This document shows positions 21,854-32,361 of a stretch of 64,000 nt of DNA, piece after piece. Source of the DNA: an uncultured candidate division Zixibacteria bacterium (lineage in GTDB: Bacteria; Zixibacteria; MSB-5A5; UBA10806); contig CAWFQL010000006.1 in NCBI GenBank assembly GCA_963817915.1, positions 1 through 64,000 on the forward strand, written 5' to 3'. The notes under the pieces are model-generated. The model searched no databases. It had not been told where the DNA came from and was given only the letters and a program-made list of their open reading frames with translations. Within the stretch, counting starts at the first letter, position 1. Each line of letters starts with the position of its first letter. The position numbers and the translations under genes were made by a program.

Positions 21854-22954
21854 TTACAAAATGAAATTAAATAAGTAGCCGACAATCGTGATTCCCACGG
21901 CCACGATTCCTACGAAAACAATAATCAGTTGAATTTTGAGGACTTTACGCAATATTATAGTTTCCGGTAGCGACAGCCCGATGACCGCCATCATGAAGGC
22001 TAATGCGGTACCAAGTGGCACCCCTTTTTCAAGCAACGCTTGCATTACAGGAATAATGCCTGCCGCATTCGAGTACATCGGAACGCCCAGTATTACAGCC
22101 AGTGGCACAGACCACCATGAGCCTTTGGTCATAAAGGACGCCATAAAATTCGAAGGCACATAGCCATGTATGCCAGCGCCTACCGCAATACCAACCACCA
22201 CATATGGCCACACTTTACCCACAATCTCTTTCACCGCAGTCTTGCCCGAATCAATTCTGTCATTCCAAGATAACTTCAATTCTTGGAGTTGGTTTTCTCC
22301 CATCTGGATTTTGGATACCCACTCTTCAACATATCGCTCCAGATGCAACTTGCCTATGATAAATCCTGAGAGCATTGCAATCACCAACCCAGTTGTGACA
22401 TAAATAGCGGCCACTTTAATGCCGAACATCTCGAAAAGTAGTACCAGAGCGACTTCGTTAATCATCGGCGCGGCAATAAGAAATGATAATGTAACCCCAA
22501 GAGGCACTCCTGTTTCCACAAAACCGATGAAGAGAGGCACGGCAGAACACGAGCAAAATGGTGTAACGATGCCAAGAGTTGAAGCCATGATATTCCCTAT
22601 AAACTCCTGTTTTCCGGCTAGCAATTGCCGGGTTCGTTCGGGAGTGAAAAACGAGCGGACGATGCCCACTCCGAACACTACGGCAACCAGCAGCATCAGG
22701 ACCTTGGGGACTTCGAAAATAAAAAATTCAACCGCGCTCCCCATATGAGTTTCAGATGACAAGCCAATTAGCTTATGTGTTATCCAGCCTGTTGCGGGGC
22801 TCAGGAAATGATAAATAAGATACCAGATTATTGCCGCAATAAAGAGTTTAAAGGCGGCGTGAGTCCAGTTTTCCCTTTTGAGCTGCGAAGAATGTTCGTC
22901 CGATTTGTTCTTTAGAGCAACAGCCTCATCTATTGGCATAAGTTTTTCTTTCAT
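21854..22954 (-). CDS. Permease, ArsP/DUF318 family
   Basis: TPFCSCSAVPLFIG, SFLIAAPMINE, GAGIHGYVP, GVPMYSNAAG, GLSLPE. Confidence 0.9.
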   Translation of the reverse strand: MKEKLMPIDEAVALKNKSDEHSSQLKRENWTHAAFKLFIAAIIWYLIYHFLSPATGWITHKLIGLSSETHMGSAVEFFIFEVPKVLMLLVAVVFGVGIVRSFFTPERTRQLLAGKQEFIGNIMASTLGIVTPFCSCSAVPLFIGFVETGVPLGVTLSFLIAAPMINEVALVLLFEMFGIKVAAIYVTTGLVIAMLSGFIIGKLHLERYVEEWVSKIQMGENQLQELKLSWNDRIDSGKTAVKEIVGKVWPYVVVGIAVGAGIHGYVPSNFMASFMTKGSWWSVPLAVILGVPMYSNAAGIIPVMQALLEKGVPLGTALAFMMAVIGLSLPETIILRKVLKIQLIIVFVGIVAVGITIVGYLFNFIL

Positions 22955-23267
22955 TCAGCGCCGCCAAATCCTTCTTGGCTCGGAATTCAATCACCTTATT
23001 TACGCTTCCAAGAAATTCCATGATACAAGGACAGGCCAGACGATAATAGACGCGCAAACCGTCCTTGCGATCGTACACTAGACCTGCTTGTTTTAAAATC
23101 GATAGATGCTTGGATATAGTAGAATGGTCGGCAGGAACAATTTCATTGAGTTCACAGACACATCTTTCTCCCTTGGAAAGGACCTCGATCATTAAAAGCC
23201 TGGTCGGGTGTCCGAGTGCTTTAAGGATTTCAGCTTTAAGGGCCATGAGTTCAGATTGGTTCTTCAC
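22926..23267 (-). CDS. ArsR/SmtB-family transcriptional regulator
   Basis: KALGHPTRL, GERCVCEL, STISKHLSILKQAGLV, VYYRLACPC; start uncertain (GTG 23267 or ATG 23246). Confidence 0.9.
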   Translation of the reverse strand: MKNQSELMALKAEILKALGHPTRLLMIEVLSKGERCVCELNEIVPADHSTISKHLSILKQAGLVYDRKDGLRVYYRLACPCIMEFLGSVNKVIEFRAKKDLAALNERKTYANR

Positions 23268-23282
23268 GTAATTTGCTCTCCT

Positions 23283-23318
23283 ATGTGGCAATATCGGCAC
23301 ATAACCACTAATAGTCAA
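23283..23318 (-). promoter_or_regulatory. Promoter with overlapping palindromic operator (probable ArsR site)
   Basis: TTGACT (23318-23313)-N17-GATATT on the minus strand; inverted repeat ATGTGGC-N6-GGCACAT at 23283-23302 covers the -10. Confidence 0.6.
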
Positions 23319-23605
23319 GCATTTTTTTATGAGCCCCGGAATTTTGGATTAAGACATTTAAAATCTTTTTATCTGGAAATGTAATATATGGATTATAATG
23401 GCGAATAACAAGCATTTCCTTATTTTATAACAGCGTCACTTAGGAAAGGAGCCACCCTGCAACCCTAAATGATCAAATCTAATCCGGCCAATGAGTTTAT
23501 ACTTGCGGCCACAGTAAACTGGACGCGAAACTAATTTAGTTCAATATTTGTTTAGGCAAGGGGCGGAAGCTAAAAGTACTTAATTAGCAGTTAACCAGGA
23601 GGAAT

Positions 23606-24031
23606 ATGGCAATCGGCAAACAAAATCCTGACCTTAAAACTCTTAATAGGTTAGTCGGAAAATGGAAAATATCGGGTGATGCAAAGGGAAAGATAGAATA
23701 TAAATGGGCCGAAGGTGGTTTTTTCCTTATTCAAGATGTGGATCTTGAGTATGATGGAAAACGAATAAAAGGTATTGAAATGATTGGACACCTTCAAAAA
23801 GTAGGAGAAAAACCAAGTCGAGAAATATGGTCCCGATTTTACCATTTTACTGAAGGTTTGACTCTTGATTACGTTTACGAGTTGGTTGATGACACGCTTA
23901 CCATTTGGTTTGGCGAAAAAGATTCAAACAACTTTTATAGAGGGACATTTAATAAAGAAGGTAGCTCTTTTAAAGGTGCCTGGCAATGGCCTGGTGGTGG
24001 ATATAGCATGGTTGCTAAGAAAATAGAATAA
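23606..24031 (+). CDS. DUF1579-like beta-barrel protein
   Basis: LNRLVGKW, WAEGGFFLIQ, GAWQWPGGGY; AGGAGG SD; AT-rich. Confidence 0.65.
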   Translation: MAIGKQNPDLKTLNRLVGKWKISGDAKGKIEYKWAEGGFFLIQDVDLEYDGKRIKGIEMIGHLQKVGEKPSREIWSRFYHFTEGLTLDYVYELVDDTLTIWFGEKDSNNFYRGTFNKEGSSFKGAWQWPGGGYSMVAKKIE

Positions 24032-24322
24032 TAAGTAACGCCATAAAAAATAAGCAGGAATGAAAATAAGTCATTTTAATAACATTTTTTCCTGTTTAGA
24101 AAGTAGATTAACGTTGCGCAACATGAGTAATTAAAAACAATAGGAATAAAAGTCTCATCGCAAAAGCATCAACCATTATCAACACCTATATTTCAATTGT
24201 ATGGGGAACGTTTTTTGCGTTTCAAAGCTTGCCCGCCAAATAAACGGCGGATTAACTTTGACCGCAAGATATGCCTGCGGTCGCAGTAAACTGCGACACG
24301 CAACTAAAATATGATAATAAAG

Positions 24323-24458
24323 AGTCCGAACCGCAATGGTTCGGAATCACTAAGTCTAAGTCCGAACCGCAATGGTTCGGAATCACTAAGTCTATGTCCA
24401 AACCACAAGGATTCGGAATCGCTAAGTCTAAGTCCGAACCACAGGGGTTCGGACCTAC
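24323..24458. repeat. Tandem array of about 3.8 x 36-bp units, each with a hairpin
   Basis: Unit AGTCCGAACCGCAATGGTTCGGAATCACTAAGTCTA. Units 1-2 identical, 3-4 diverged; last unit ends GGACCTAC. Confidence 0.9.
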
Positions 24459-24494
24459 GGGAATATTGAGATGGCAGGAGTGACTACCCCTCCC

Positions 24495-25589
24495 CTACTT
24501 TTTAATTGCGTTACCGGTAAGATTATCGAGCGCCTGAGAGCAGGTCCAAAAGGATATGTCGTATCGTTTGCGGGTTTCGGTGATGAAATCGGACAGAAGC
24601 TTCATTTGATATTCGAACATCAGTTTGGGATGATCAATAATAGTGACATAGATCGTATCTTCATTCTGATGAAGTTTGACATAATTATCGAATCCATCGA
24701 GCAGCATTCTGATATTGAATCCCTTGGTATCGCAGGAGATATTAGACCAGGGGCTGCCCGTGATATATTTTAGATTCTGCATCAACAGAGTGCGCAAGTT
24801 AGCCAGCCTGCTTTGCCGGCGAGCTCTCGATATAGTTGTCCCCCGCATCTTCTTGATTGAGCGGGCCCGTCGCCAAAGGAATCCGGCGCGCTGTCCCAAT
24901 CCAGCCTTAAAAGTTCCAATCGGTATCTCTAAAATGCCGCGCCCGCTATCTACACCGATGCCGGTCTCCGGTGACATAAACCAATGTGATTTCGAGGGCA
25001 CATCGGTATAATCGATTTTGACTGTATCGAGATTCAAGGTCAGGAATTTCGATACGCTCACATCCATCTCGATGCCATTTTCGATGAGCGCGGCGATCAA
25101 TTTATCTTCGTCGGGCTGTAACGCGGCACCGGCGGCACGGAATATTCGGCAACGATAATCGGATTTATGCGGCCTCAATAAACTATTCAGGTAATTTACG
25201 CCCTTGGATATCAGAGCGTTTGCCGAATCATTGCCGGGACTGTAACCGAGCTCGTGCAGATACATTTTTTCGGCGGAGATCAGCCATTGGTTATTTTCGT
25301 AAGTGGTATTCAGCCAATGAGGATGCAGGTGAAGCTCCACATCGTGACCCATTGACATGGCATCGATCATTTGCTTTTCAAAGCTATCGACAAAAGTATC
25401 GAATCCGTATTTACGATATGTCCAGGCACAGCAAACATCGGGGAAAAAAGTAACGGCGACATTCAGTTTATCGCATAATTCCAGAACTTCGCGGGTGGGT
25501 TCGATAAGAACCTGTTCCGGTGGGAGAAAATTCCGTCCGAGCCACAATTCATAATCAAATGTCAGCAGGCATACTATTTTGGGCGACAT
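24495..25589 (-). CDS. Polysaccharide deacetylase-family (NodB/CE4-like) protein
   Basis: LTFDYEL, TFFPD, GHDVELHLHPHW, FRAAG, ILEIPI. Confidence 0.8.
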   Translation of the reverse strand: MSPKIVCLLTFDYELWLGRNFLPPEQVLIEPTREVLELCDKLNVAVTFFPDVCCAWTYRKYGFDTFVDSFEKQMIDAMSMGHDVELHLHPHWLNTTYENNQWLISAEKMYLHELGYSPGNDSANALISKGVNYLNSLLRPHKSDYRCRIFRAAGAALQPDEDKLIAALIENGIEMDVSVSKFLTLNLDTVKIDYTDVPSKSHWFMSPETGIGVDSGRGILEIPIGTFKAGLGQRAGFLWRRARSIKKMRGTTISRARRQSRLANLRTLLMQNLKYITGSPWSNISCDTKGFNIRMLLDGFDNYVKLHQNEDTIYVTIIDHPKLMFEYQMKLLSDFITETRKRYDISFWTCSQALDNLTGNAIKK

Positions 25590-25598
25590 TGAACTATA

Positions 25599-26573
25599 TT
25601 ACCAATTCATGATGTCTTTGTTTTGAGCTGTCAAGGCGCTTTCAGTGAGATACATGGTGACGTTCTTAGCCGCCAATCTCTCGAGCTCGTTATATAATGA
25701 TAGAGAATTCATTACCCAGGAATCGGAAGCGCCATATTTAAACGTCTTGAGAATTCCCTTTCTGAGGAAATGATCCGTAAGCTTTTCGCAGATCCAGGCG
25801 CCGTCGGGATGGTCTATGCGGGTCTTGGCTACTACGGGATTAAAACGGAGGATAGTTCGTTCGATGCGATTGCCATTGGGATCTATATACGCTACCTGAA
25901 CCGGCGGATTGTGCACTTCGAATGGAAAATCAGCCCAGGTATCCTCGAGATAATGAGCAACCCCCAGACCCTGAGCTATCGGAATTCCTATCCCCACTAC
26001 CTTGCCTTTCAATTTAACCAATCTTCCAACAGGCGATTCTCTGTGACAGACTTCGGGATGTTCAGCGTGCCCTGATGTTATATAGGAAGCATACTTGCCC
26101 CAGGCACATGATGATGAAAAGGGATGCGAGCTTCGCACTACTCCCGGCCAAGTTCGAAAAAGCTCGGTAATCTTCCCGGTGCCCGAAGGAGAAATTCTTA
26201 AATCGATAAGTTTGTTTTGCTTTAACTCTTTCAACACCGCCTCGGCTGAATTGTAGCATGGCATTATGAGAGTGCCGGTAGCTGTAATAGTGTCAATAAA
26301 ACTTTGGATAACTGTCGTAGCACCGCCTTTGACATTGCCAATACGAGAAAGCGAGGAATGCACCATTATAATATCATTGGCTTTAAATCCGGCATCTCTT
26401 AACGACGCTTTTAGGTCATCAAGACTAAATTCGAAACTGTCGCGCCTAGCGCTTTCCCGTTTCTTGGAACGGAAATAGCGAAAAGGTTTACGAACAGCTT
26501 CGATTAATTTCTCCGGGACATATCTTCGTCCCCAGACACGGAGATAATACACGATATTTGACTTTATGCTCAT
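25599..26573 (-). CDS. AAC(3)/Antibiotic_NAT-family acetyltransferase
   Basis: IMVHSSLSRIG, GTLIMP, GKITELFR, RSSHPFSS..AWGK. Confidence 0.8.
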   Translation of the reverse strand: MSIKSNIVYYLRVWGRRYVPEKLIEAVRKPFRYFRSKKRESARRDSFEFSLDDLKASLRDAGFKANDIIMVHSSLSRIGNVKGGATTVIQSFIDTITATGTLIMPCYNSAEAVLKELKQNKLIDLRISPSGTGKITELFRTWPGVVRSSHPFSSSCAWGKYASYITSGHAEHPEVCHRESPVGRLVKLKGKVVGIGIPIAQGLGVAHYLEDTWADFPFEVHNPPVQVAYIDPNGNRIERTILRFNPVVAKTRIDHPDGAWICEKLTDHFLRKGILKTFKYGASDSWVMNSLSLYNELERLAAKNVTMYLTESALTAQNKDIMNW

Positions 26574-26727
26574 ATTTCATCCTTCGAAAACATTATATCC
26601 CGGAAAAATAAATAGTCTTTATACCCCATTTAGTCAAGGCAATGTTTATTGGAGACAACCAGAAATAATTGGCAAAAGATGATGAATTAAATCGAAGATT
26701 GAACGGATCTATCAGAATATGCGTTAT

Positions 26728-27339
26728 CTAAAAGCCAATCCCAAATCGAAGCGGGAAATACGTTGTATTTTCAACTTCGGTGAATCCGATAACATATTTT
26801 AAATCCATAAAAAAGTATGCGCCGCGATTGATCGGGAAATCCATACCTGCGCCCAATTCCAGGCCAAATTTGGATTCGGATGAACCTTCGATTCCTCGAT
26901 ACTGTCCATAATAGCTCATAATAATATCCTCAAAAGATAACCTGAAAAATCCGGTTCCTACTAAGAGATAAGGAACCACTGACTTGCTGCCGCCAAAAAC
27001 TGTGCTCTTTAAATCAAGATAAGCCGATAATATAGAAGCTGAACCGCCCTGGATCTGAATTCCGCTACCGCTTACCCCGGTATCACCCATCAGTTTTTCT
27101 TTATTTAGGCCAAAATTAGTATAGGCGAAATTGCCCTGGATCGAGACTCTCCTATTTACCGGTATATTCAAACCGATACCGAAATTCATTCCCGCAACCC
27201 AATAATCGGAAAACTCGGCCGGTGTCGATGGAATAGACAGTCCGATATTAAACATATATGATTTATCGCTGCTATCCTTGGCATAGAGGCCGGAAGAAAT
27301 GACTAAAATAATCGCGATAACGATGGCAGAACGCTTCAT
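26728..27339 (-). CDS. Outer-membrane beta-barrel protein
   Basis: Signal peptide, alternating beta-strands, PYLLVGTG, C-terminal Phe. Confidence 0.8.
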   Translation of the reverse strand: MKRSAIVIAIILVISSGLYAKDSSDKSYMFNIGLSIPSTPAEFSDYWVAGMNFGIGLNIPVNRRVSIQGNFAYTNFGLNKEKLMGDTGVSGSGIQIQGGSASILSAYLDLKSTVFGGSKSVVPYLLVGTGFFRLSFEDIIMSYYGQYRGIEGSSESKFGLELGAGMDFPINRGAYFFMDLKYVIGFTEVENTTYFPLRFGIGF

Positions 27340-27625
27340 TTCTATTCTCCTTTGCATTTTGGACCGGGTATTCTTTCAAAGAGCCAATTTTAGTGGAACA
27401 ACGGGGTCGCGAAATTTATCCTAACGCAACATCATGAACTTAATTAATTACCATAATAAAATGCAATTGACTTGAAGTCAAATAATTTTAGAATCTATTG
27501 ATTGTTTCGTATCTTTTATGTTACTATTAGATAGCATATTTCCGACGGAACCTTGAAATGGCTCAACGCCCATTCCGATAATGAAATACTAACTTGGTCC
27601 TCAACGCGGTCAGGAGATATCTGAA

Positions 27626-28954
27626 ATGACGAAGAGAATACGCTGGATGATCATTTACTTACTATCAATTATTATTTCGATTGGAGTAATATATTCTGTT
27701 TTAAGGTTAATCGGCAATAAATCTCCTGGGGAAATAAAAACGGTCAGCTATACTCAATCCAACGACTATATTATTCTTAACGCTACCTTTGATTCGCATG
27801 GCAACGTCCACCTGCTATGGATGTGCAGAGACAGCAATTTTGTTTACCAAAGGAGTACGGACAAGGGCAAAACATGGTCGAATCCCAAGACTCTTGCCTC
27901 ATCCCTGGCAGGCAGGGCCAATTGCCCTCGAATAGTTGCGATCGGAGATGCACTATCAATTTTATGGACATTTGATAGCGAACCTGTCATGTATTCAAAT
28001 AAGCCGGGTGAGACAGTTTGGAGTTATATAGGCGGCTTTAATGTGAGAACAAGCACGGATGATGGCGCTACCTGGGGTCCCGAACAAAAAGTCTATTTGG
28101 GGACCGCCGTATTGCAGTATGTCTTCGTGACGCAAGGCAATTCGATATATATCGCTTATATTGGCAATCAGTTTGATAGATATAATACATATTTTTCCAG
28201 CAGCAGCGATTATGGATTGCACTGGAATGCTCCTAAGCTCATCGGCCCAAATATGAGGAGTCTCGGACAGGAGTTATCAATTGCCATCATAGGAAATACA
28301 ATACATGTTGTCGGGATAGATGAAAACCAAGAAGAACCAAGTGGGAATTTAAAAGCCGGTTTTTGGTATATGAGAAGTACAAATATGGGCGAAAATTGGG
28401 TAGAGGCCAAAAGAATAGACTTTGGCGGGAAAAGTAAGATTGGAGCCACAATCGAGGGTATTAAAATCATACCATTCGGTGATTATTTGCTTCTTACTCT
28501 CGCCGCGGATGATATCTATTACTTAATAACCAAGGATAATGGATCAAGCTGGTCATCGATTTCGGGAATGGACGCGACCCTGCCATTTCCGATTCACACA
28601 GCCTGTGCTGTTGGCAAGGATGCCGCGGCAGTCTTTTGGGTAGACCTCCGGCACCTGAAAATGGATTGGCAGGGTCACCTCCCTGCTCCAATAAATAGTA
28701 TGCTTCTTTGGGATGCCGACCCCACATGGGCCAACAATGACCTTTATTACGCCAGTATAAAAGGCGATCATATACGGAAGAAGGTGCGATTGACATCACC
28801 AATGTCTTATATTGAAGAGTACAGCGATGCCATGGCTTGTGGACAAATTGGCGACCAAACGATGGTTATTTGGGCTGGCAAACGGAAGGTAGGGAAAACG
28901 CTAGAAGAAGGTGGTATGCCATTTGAAATATTCTACCTATTATTAGAAAATTGA
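27626..28954 (+). CDS. BNR/Asp-box repeat (sialidase-like beta-propeller) protein with N-terminal anchor
   Basis: STDKGKTW, STDDGATW, SSDYGLHW, STNMGENW, TKDNGSSW. Confidence 0.8.
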   Translation: MTKRIRWMIIYLLSIIISIGVIYSVLRLIGNKSPGEIKTVSYTQSNDYIILNATFDSHGNVHLLWMCRDSNFVYQRSTDKGKTWSNPKTLASSLAGRANCPRIVAIGDALSILWTFDSEPVMYSNKPGETVWSYIGGFNVRTSTDDGATWGPEQKVYLGTAVLQYVFVTQGNSIYIAYIGNQFDRYNTYFSSSSDYGLHWNAPKLIGPNMRSLGQELSIAIIGNTIHVVGIDENQEEPSGNLKAGFWYMRSTNMGENWVEAKRIDFGGKSKIGATIEGIKIIPFGDYLLLTLAADDIYYLITKDNGSSWSSISGMDATLPFPIHTACAVGKDAAAVFWVDLRHLKMDWQGHLPAPINSMLLWDADPTWANNDLYYASIKGDHIRKKVRLTSPMSYIEEYSDAMACGQIGDQTMVIWAGKRKVGKTLEEGGMPFEIFYLLLEN

Positions 28955-28975
28955 GATTGAAGAATTGGAGCCATC

Positions 28976-29341
28976 TTGCAACCCTCAATAATAAAATCAA
29001 TACCATCCAATGAATACCTCACCTCGGAGCAGTGCTACATTCTTGAGCTTCTGAATAAGCCGCAGGATGATTCGCTGTCAATAGCGTTGGCCAGAGTAGA
29101 GCCGGGTGTCACCACGGCCTGGCATTCGCTTGATGGCGTAACAGAACGGTATCTGATAATCGAAGGCAGCGGCAAGGTCGAGATCGGCGAATTGGAACCT
29201 GCTGATGTCGGCATTAACGATGTAGTAATTATCCCGCCGGGCGTTCGCCAACGCATCTCGAATATCGGCAAGGGCGATCTACTGTTTTATTGCATCTGCA
29301 CGCCGGGATTCACGCAGGAATCCTACCGGGAGCTGGAATAA
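28976..29341 (+). CDS. Cupin domain protein
   Basis: TAWHSL..VTERYLIIEG.G, IPPGVRQRISN.G. Confidence 0.85.
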   Translation: MQPSIIKSIPSNEYLTSEQCYILELLNKPQDDSLSIALARVEPGVTTAWHSLDGVTERYLIIEGSGKVEIGELEPADVGINDVVIIPPGVRQRISNIGKGDLLFYCICTPGFTQESYRELE

Positions 29342-29348
29342 AACCAAA

Positions 29349-29524
29349 TGTCGGGTTTTTCATTCGCTGCGCTCATTCTGAACCCGACCTACAACTGGAT
29401 GTTAGATAGGCGGCGGTTGACATCGACTGCCGCCAACTTGTTTGCGCGTCAGGGCTTGCCCTGACCGCAATAATAGAGGGATGCGGTCACGGTAAACCGT
29501 GACTCGCAGGAAAACACCGACCTA
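29349..29524. repeat. Cluster of REP-like palindromes
   Basis: GTCGGGTT...AACCCGACCTAC; GGCGGCGGTTGACATCGACTGCCGCC; GTCAGGGCTTGCCCTGAC; GCGGTCACGGTAAACCGTGACTCGCAGGAA (exact reverse complement of the copy at ~16045). Confidence 0.8.
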
Positions 29525-29618
29525 CACAGGGTTTTCAGTCGGGCGTAAAGACTCACTTCACAAGAAATATTTTGGGAATTCTTTGACTATCCAATCAAGC
29601 CATTTATATATTTGAGGC

Positions 29619-30359
29619 ATGATTAGGATCGGGACATCGGGCTGGAGCTATAAAGACTGGGCAGGGAATTTTTATCCATCGAATCTGGATGATACCGGAT
29701 ATTTGTCATATTACGCTACGAAATTTAATACGGTCGAGATCGATTCGACATTCTACGGAGTACCGCGCAAGACGACGATTGAAAATTGGTATAAGAGCGT
29801 GCCCGATGATTTCAAGTTTTCAGCCAAATTCCCGCAGAGTATTACGCATAAATCGGATTTAACCGATATCGATGAAGAACTCACCAAATTCCTGAATACG
29901 ATTTCGGGGCTGAAAGAAAAATTAGGGCCGCTGCTGATGCAGTTTCCCTATTCATTCAAGCCGGAGATGTCGGGAAATCTATTTAATTTTATAAAAAGCC
30001 TGCCCAATGATTTTGAATATGTGCTCGAAGTCAGGAATAAGAAATGGCTAAATGATAAATTTTATGATGAGTTACGACGCCATTCGATAGGCCTGGCGCT
30101 GCTTGATCATCCCTGGATGCCGAAACCGCAGATAACGACATCTCGGATATTATATGTAAGATTTTTGGGTGATCGAAAAAATATACCGGATGATTTCAGC
30201 TATGAACGCGATGATAAAAAACAGGACCTTCAGAATTGGCGGAAACTGGTGAAAATATTAGAAGAAAAGACTGACGATTTCTACGGGTATTTCAATAACC
30301 ATTACTCGGGTCATTCGCCTACGACGGCGAAACGTTTTATGGAGATGTTGGATATATAA
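29619..30359 (+). CDS. DUF72 (YecE) family protein
   Basis: IGTSGWSY, FNTVEIDSTFY, FSAKFPQSITH, LGPLLMQFP, YFNNHYSG. Confidence 0.92.
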   Translation: MIRIGTSGWSYKDWAGNFYPSNLDDTGYLSYYATKFNTVEIDSTFYGVPRKTTIENWYKSVPDDFKFSAKFPQSITHKSDLTDIDEELTKFLNTISGLKEKLGPLLMQFPYSFKPEMSGNLFNFIKSLPNDFEYVLEVRNKKWLNDKFYDELRRHSIGLALLDHPWMPKPQITTSRILYVRFLGDRKNIPDDFSYERDDKKQDLQNWRKLVKILEEKTDDFYGYFNNHYSGHSPTTAKRFMEMLDI

Positions 30360-30442
30360 TTATCGGTTGCGGGAGTTTAGATTGCTTCATCCGGCAGTTG
30401 CCGGACTCGCGAAGACATTTGATATGACCTAATCTGAATTTG

Positions 30443-32183
30443 CTATTTGCCTGATAAAGTCACAGTGATCCCCCAGGCGGCGGGATCGCGCGGACGAGCA
30501 GCATTCCAGTTGTTGAATGAATGCGAACCATCGGTGACAAAATGCACTTCATATTCGCCCGGCTCGAGAATTATATCGTCATCGAACATTCGGTTTTTTG
30601 ATGATCCACCGGCGGGCTCGGTATTGCGCCAGGTCATATCCCATACTGACCGCCCGTTCGATTTATCGACAATCCATCCATAATCGAACATTTGATCGGG
30701 TGTGGCCTCGCCGACCGCATAGATATGGATTTTGGTCTGCTTATCCAATGTAAATGTTTCTCGTCGATTAACATTATCACGCAGGGAAGTCATCTTAACG
30801 AGGATATTAGCGTTCTTCTTGATTTCGGATTCTTTAATAATATGGAATTTGGATTTATCGGTATCCTTACCGGGAAAAATCGAGAGCCCCCAGGATTTGG
30901 GATCGTAAGGCGGGGAATCGTTCCAATCCTCGTAGGAATGCGAATCATCCGTAATATATCGGGCGATATATGAGCCTTTTTGCAGAGTAATCATTCCGTC
31001 AAACACTCTATTTTTAACCGAGCCTCCGGCATGCTCCGTATTACGCCATGACATCTCCCAAACAGTCTTGCCATTATCAGCATTTTCAATCCAGCCATAA
31101 TCGACAAATTCGTGACTCCAACTGCTGTATTCGCCCAGACAATAGACTCTGAGCGACATATCAGTATCGAGCTTGAACGCGTCCGATAGATCAGCATTGT
31201 CTCCTACTCTGGTCATATCAACTAAAGCCGCTGCCGCGGCCTTCGGGCTTGAATTGATGGAACGCCGATGTTTCAGTCTTATCGGAGGCGAGCACCGCAA
31301 CTCCCCAATTGAGCGGATCATAGGGCGGAAAGGCGTTAAAATCATCATATGAATGAGAATCATCGGTTACATAATTCAAGACATAGTTTCCCTTATCCAA
31401 TTCCACATCCTGATCGACAAGCCTATTCTTACGCGCTCCGCCAGCGGGACCGGTATTCCAGCGATCGACTGTCCAGACTTTCTTCCCGCTATCGGTATCG
31501 ATTATCCAGGCATAGTCGGCGGGATTATCGTAGCCCGACGGATATTCACAAATGGCATATATATGAAGAATCGTTTTTTTATCGAGCTTAAAGCCTTGCT
31601 GAAGATATTTGGAATCGCCGACTTTATTAAATTGCACTAACGCGTTTGGGAATTTGCCATCCGGCTCGTAAGTTGAAAAATCCCTGAAGCCGTTTTCTTT
31701 CGCTTTTATCGAAGCATAAAGGTCCCTGCGATAACTATCCAAACGATCCTGTAAATTGCCGTCAAAAATATCGCCAAGAAAATCAAAGAAATCCTTGGTC
31801 CCGTTGATATTGATTTCGCCATTCCAATGAGTGGACGCATAATAATATAATTCATACGAACCGGCATCGAGATGAATGGTCTCTTCCGCAGTCCGCAGAC
31901 CGTGACTACCGGAGCTTTCCGTATTTCGCTCTTCCATCACCCATACCGGCTTTCTTGTTGTGCCATCGATTATCCAGGATGCCGCCAAAAAAGTATCATT
32001 GTTTCGAGCGAGTAAACCTGTAGATTTTATAATAAAATCGCCGCCTTTGGTCAGCTTGAATCCGGCTGTCATAATGCGGTCGAGTTGGATACTATTTAAT
32101 TGTACGATAGGTTCGGCTGCAAAACCGATGGCCGACAAAGCCAGAAACAAGGCTATTGCGAACATTGCTTTTCTTGTTGCCAT
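30443..32183 (-). CDS. Secreted protein with four tandem ~130-aa repeats; one frameshift near 31230
   Basis: Signal peptide; repeated Y.WI.D...G..VW....NT..AGG..KNR..D....L..G.Y...Y.TDDSHS...WN..PP.DP..WG. Confidence 0.75.
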
Positions 32184-32361
32184 ACGCGCCTCCTCGGTTA
32201 ACAGGACCTCTTTTTTCCTATTTGATTACGAGATAAGCATTTAAAATGTTTCATCGATAATGATGGCCAATTACTAAATGGCACGAATTGTCACCTAACT
32301 TAATGGGGCGTATTAATATACGCCCCATACCATTATTCGTTAATTAAATTCAAAAAATATT

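Noticed and set aside
19928..23267. Selenocysteine recoding in the redox cluster
   Set aside because: All redox motifs use Cys codons; no in-frame TGA was seen.
24323..24458. CRISPR array
   Set aside because: The 36-bp units are contiguous with near-identical linkers; there are no unique spacers and no cas genes in the window.
24271..24483. 70-aa ORF with SEPQWFGITKSK repeats
   Set aside because: It is just the translation of the 36-bp DNA hairpin repeat; no SD or other coding evidence.
25599..26573. Bona fide aminoglycoside resistance gene
   Set aside because: Only family-level motifs; chromosomal context with a deacetylase and no mobile element.
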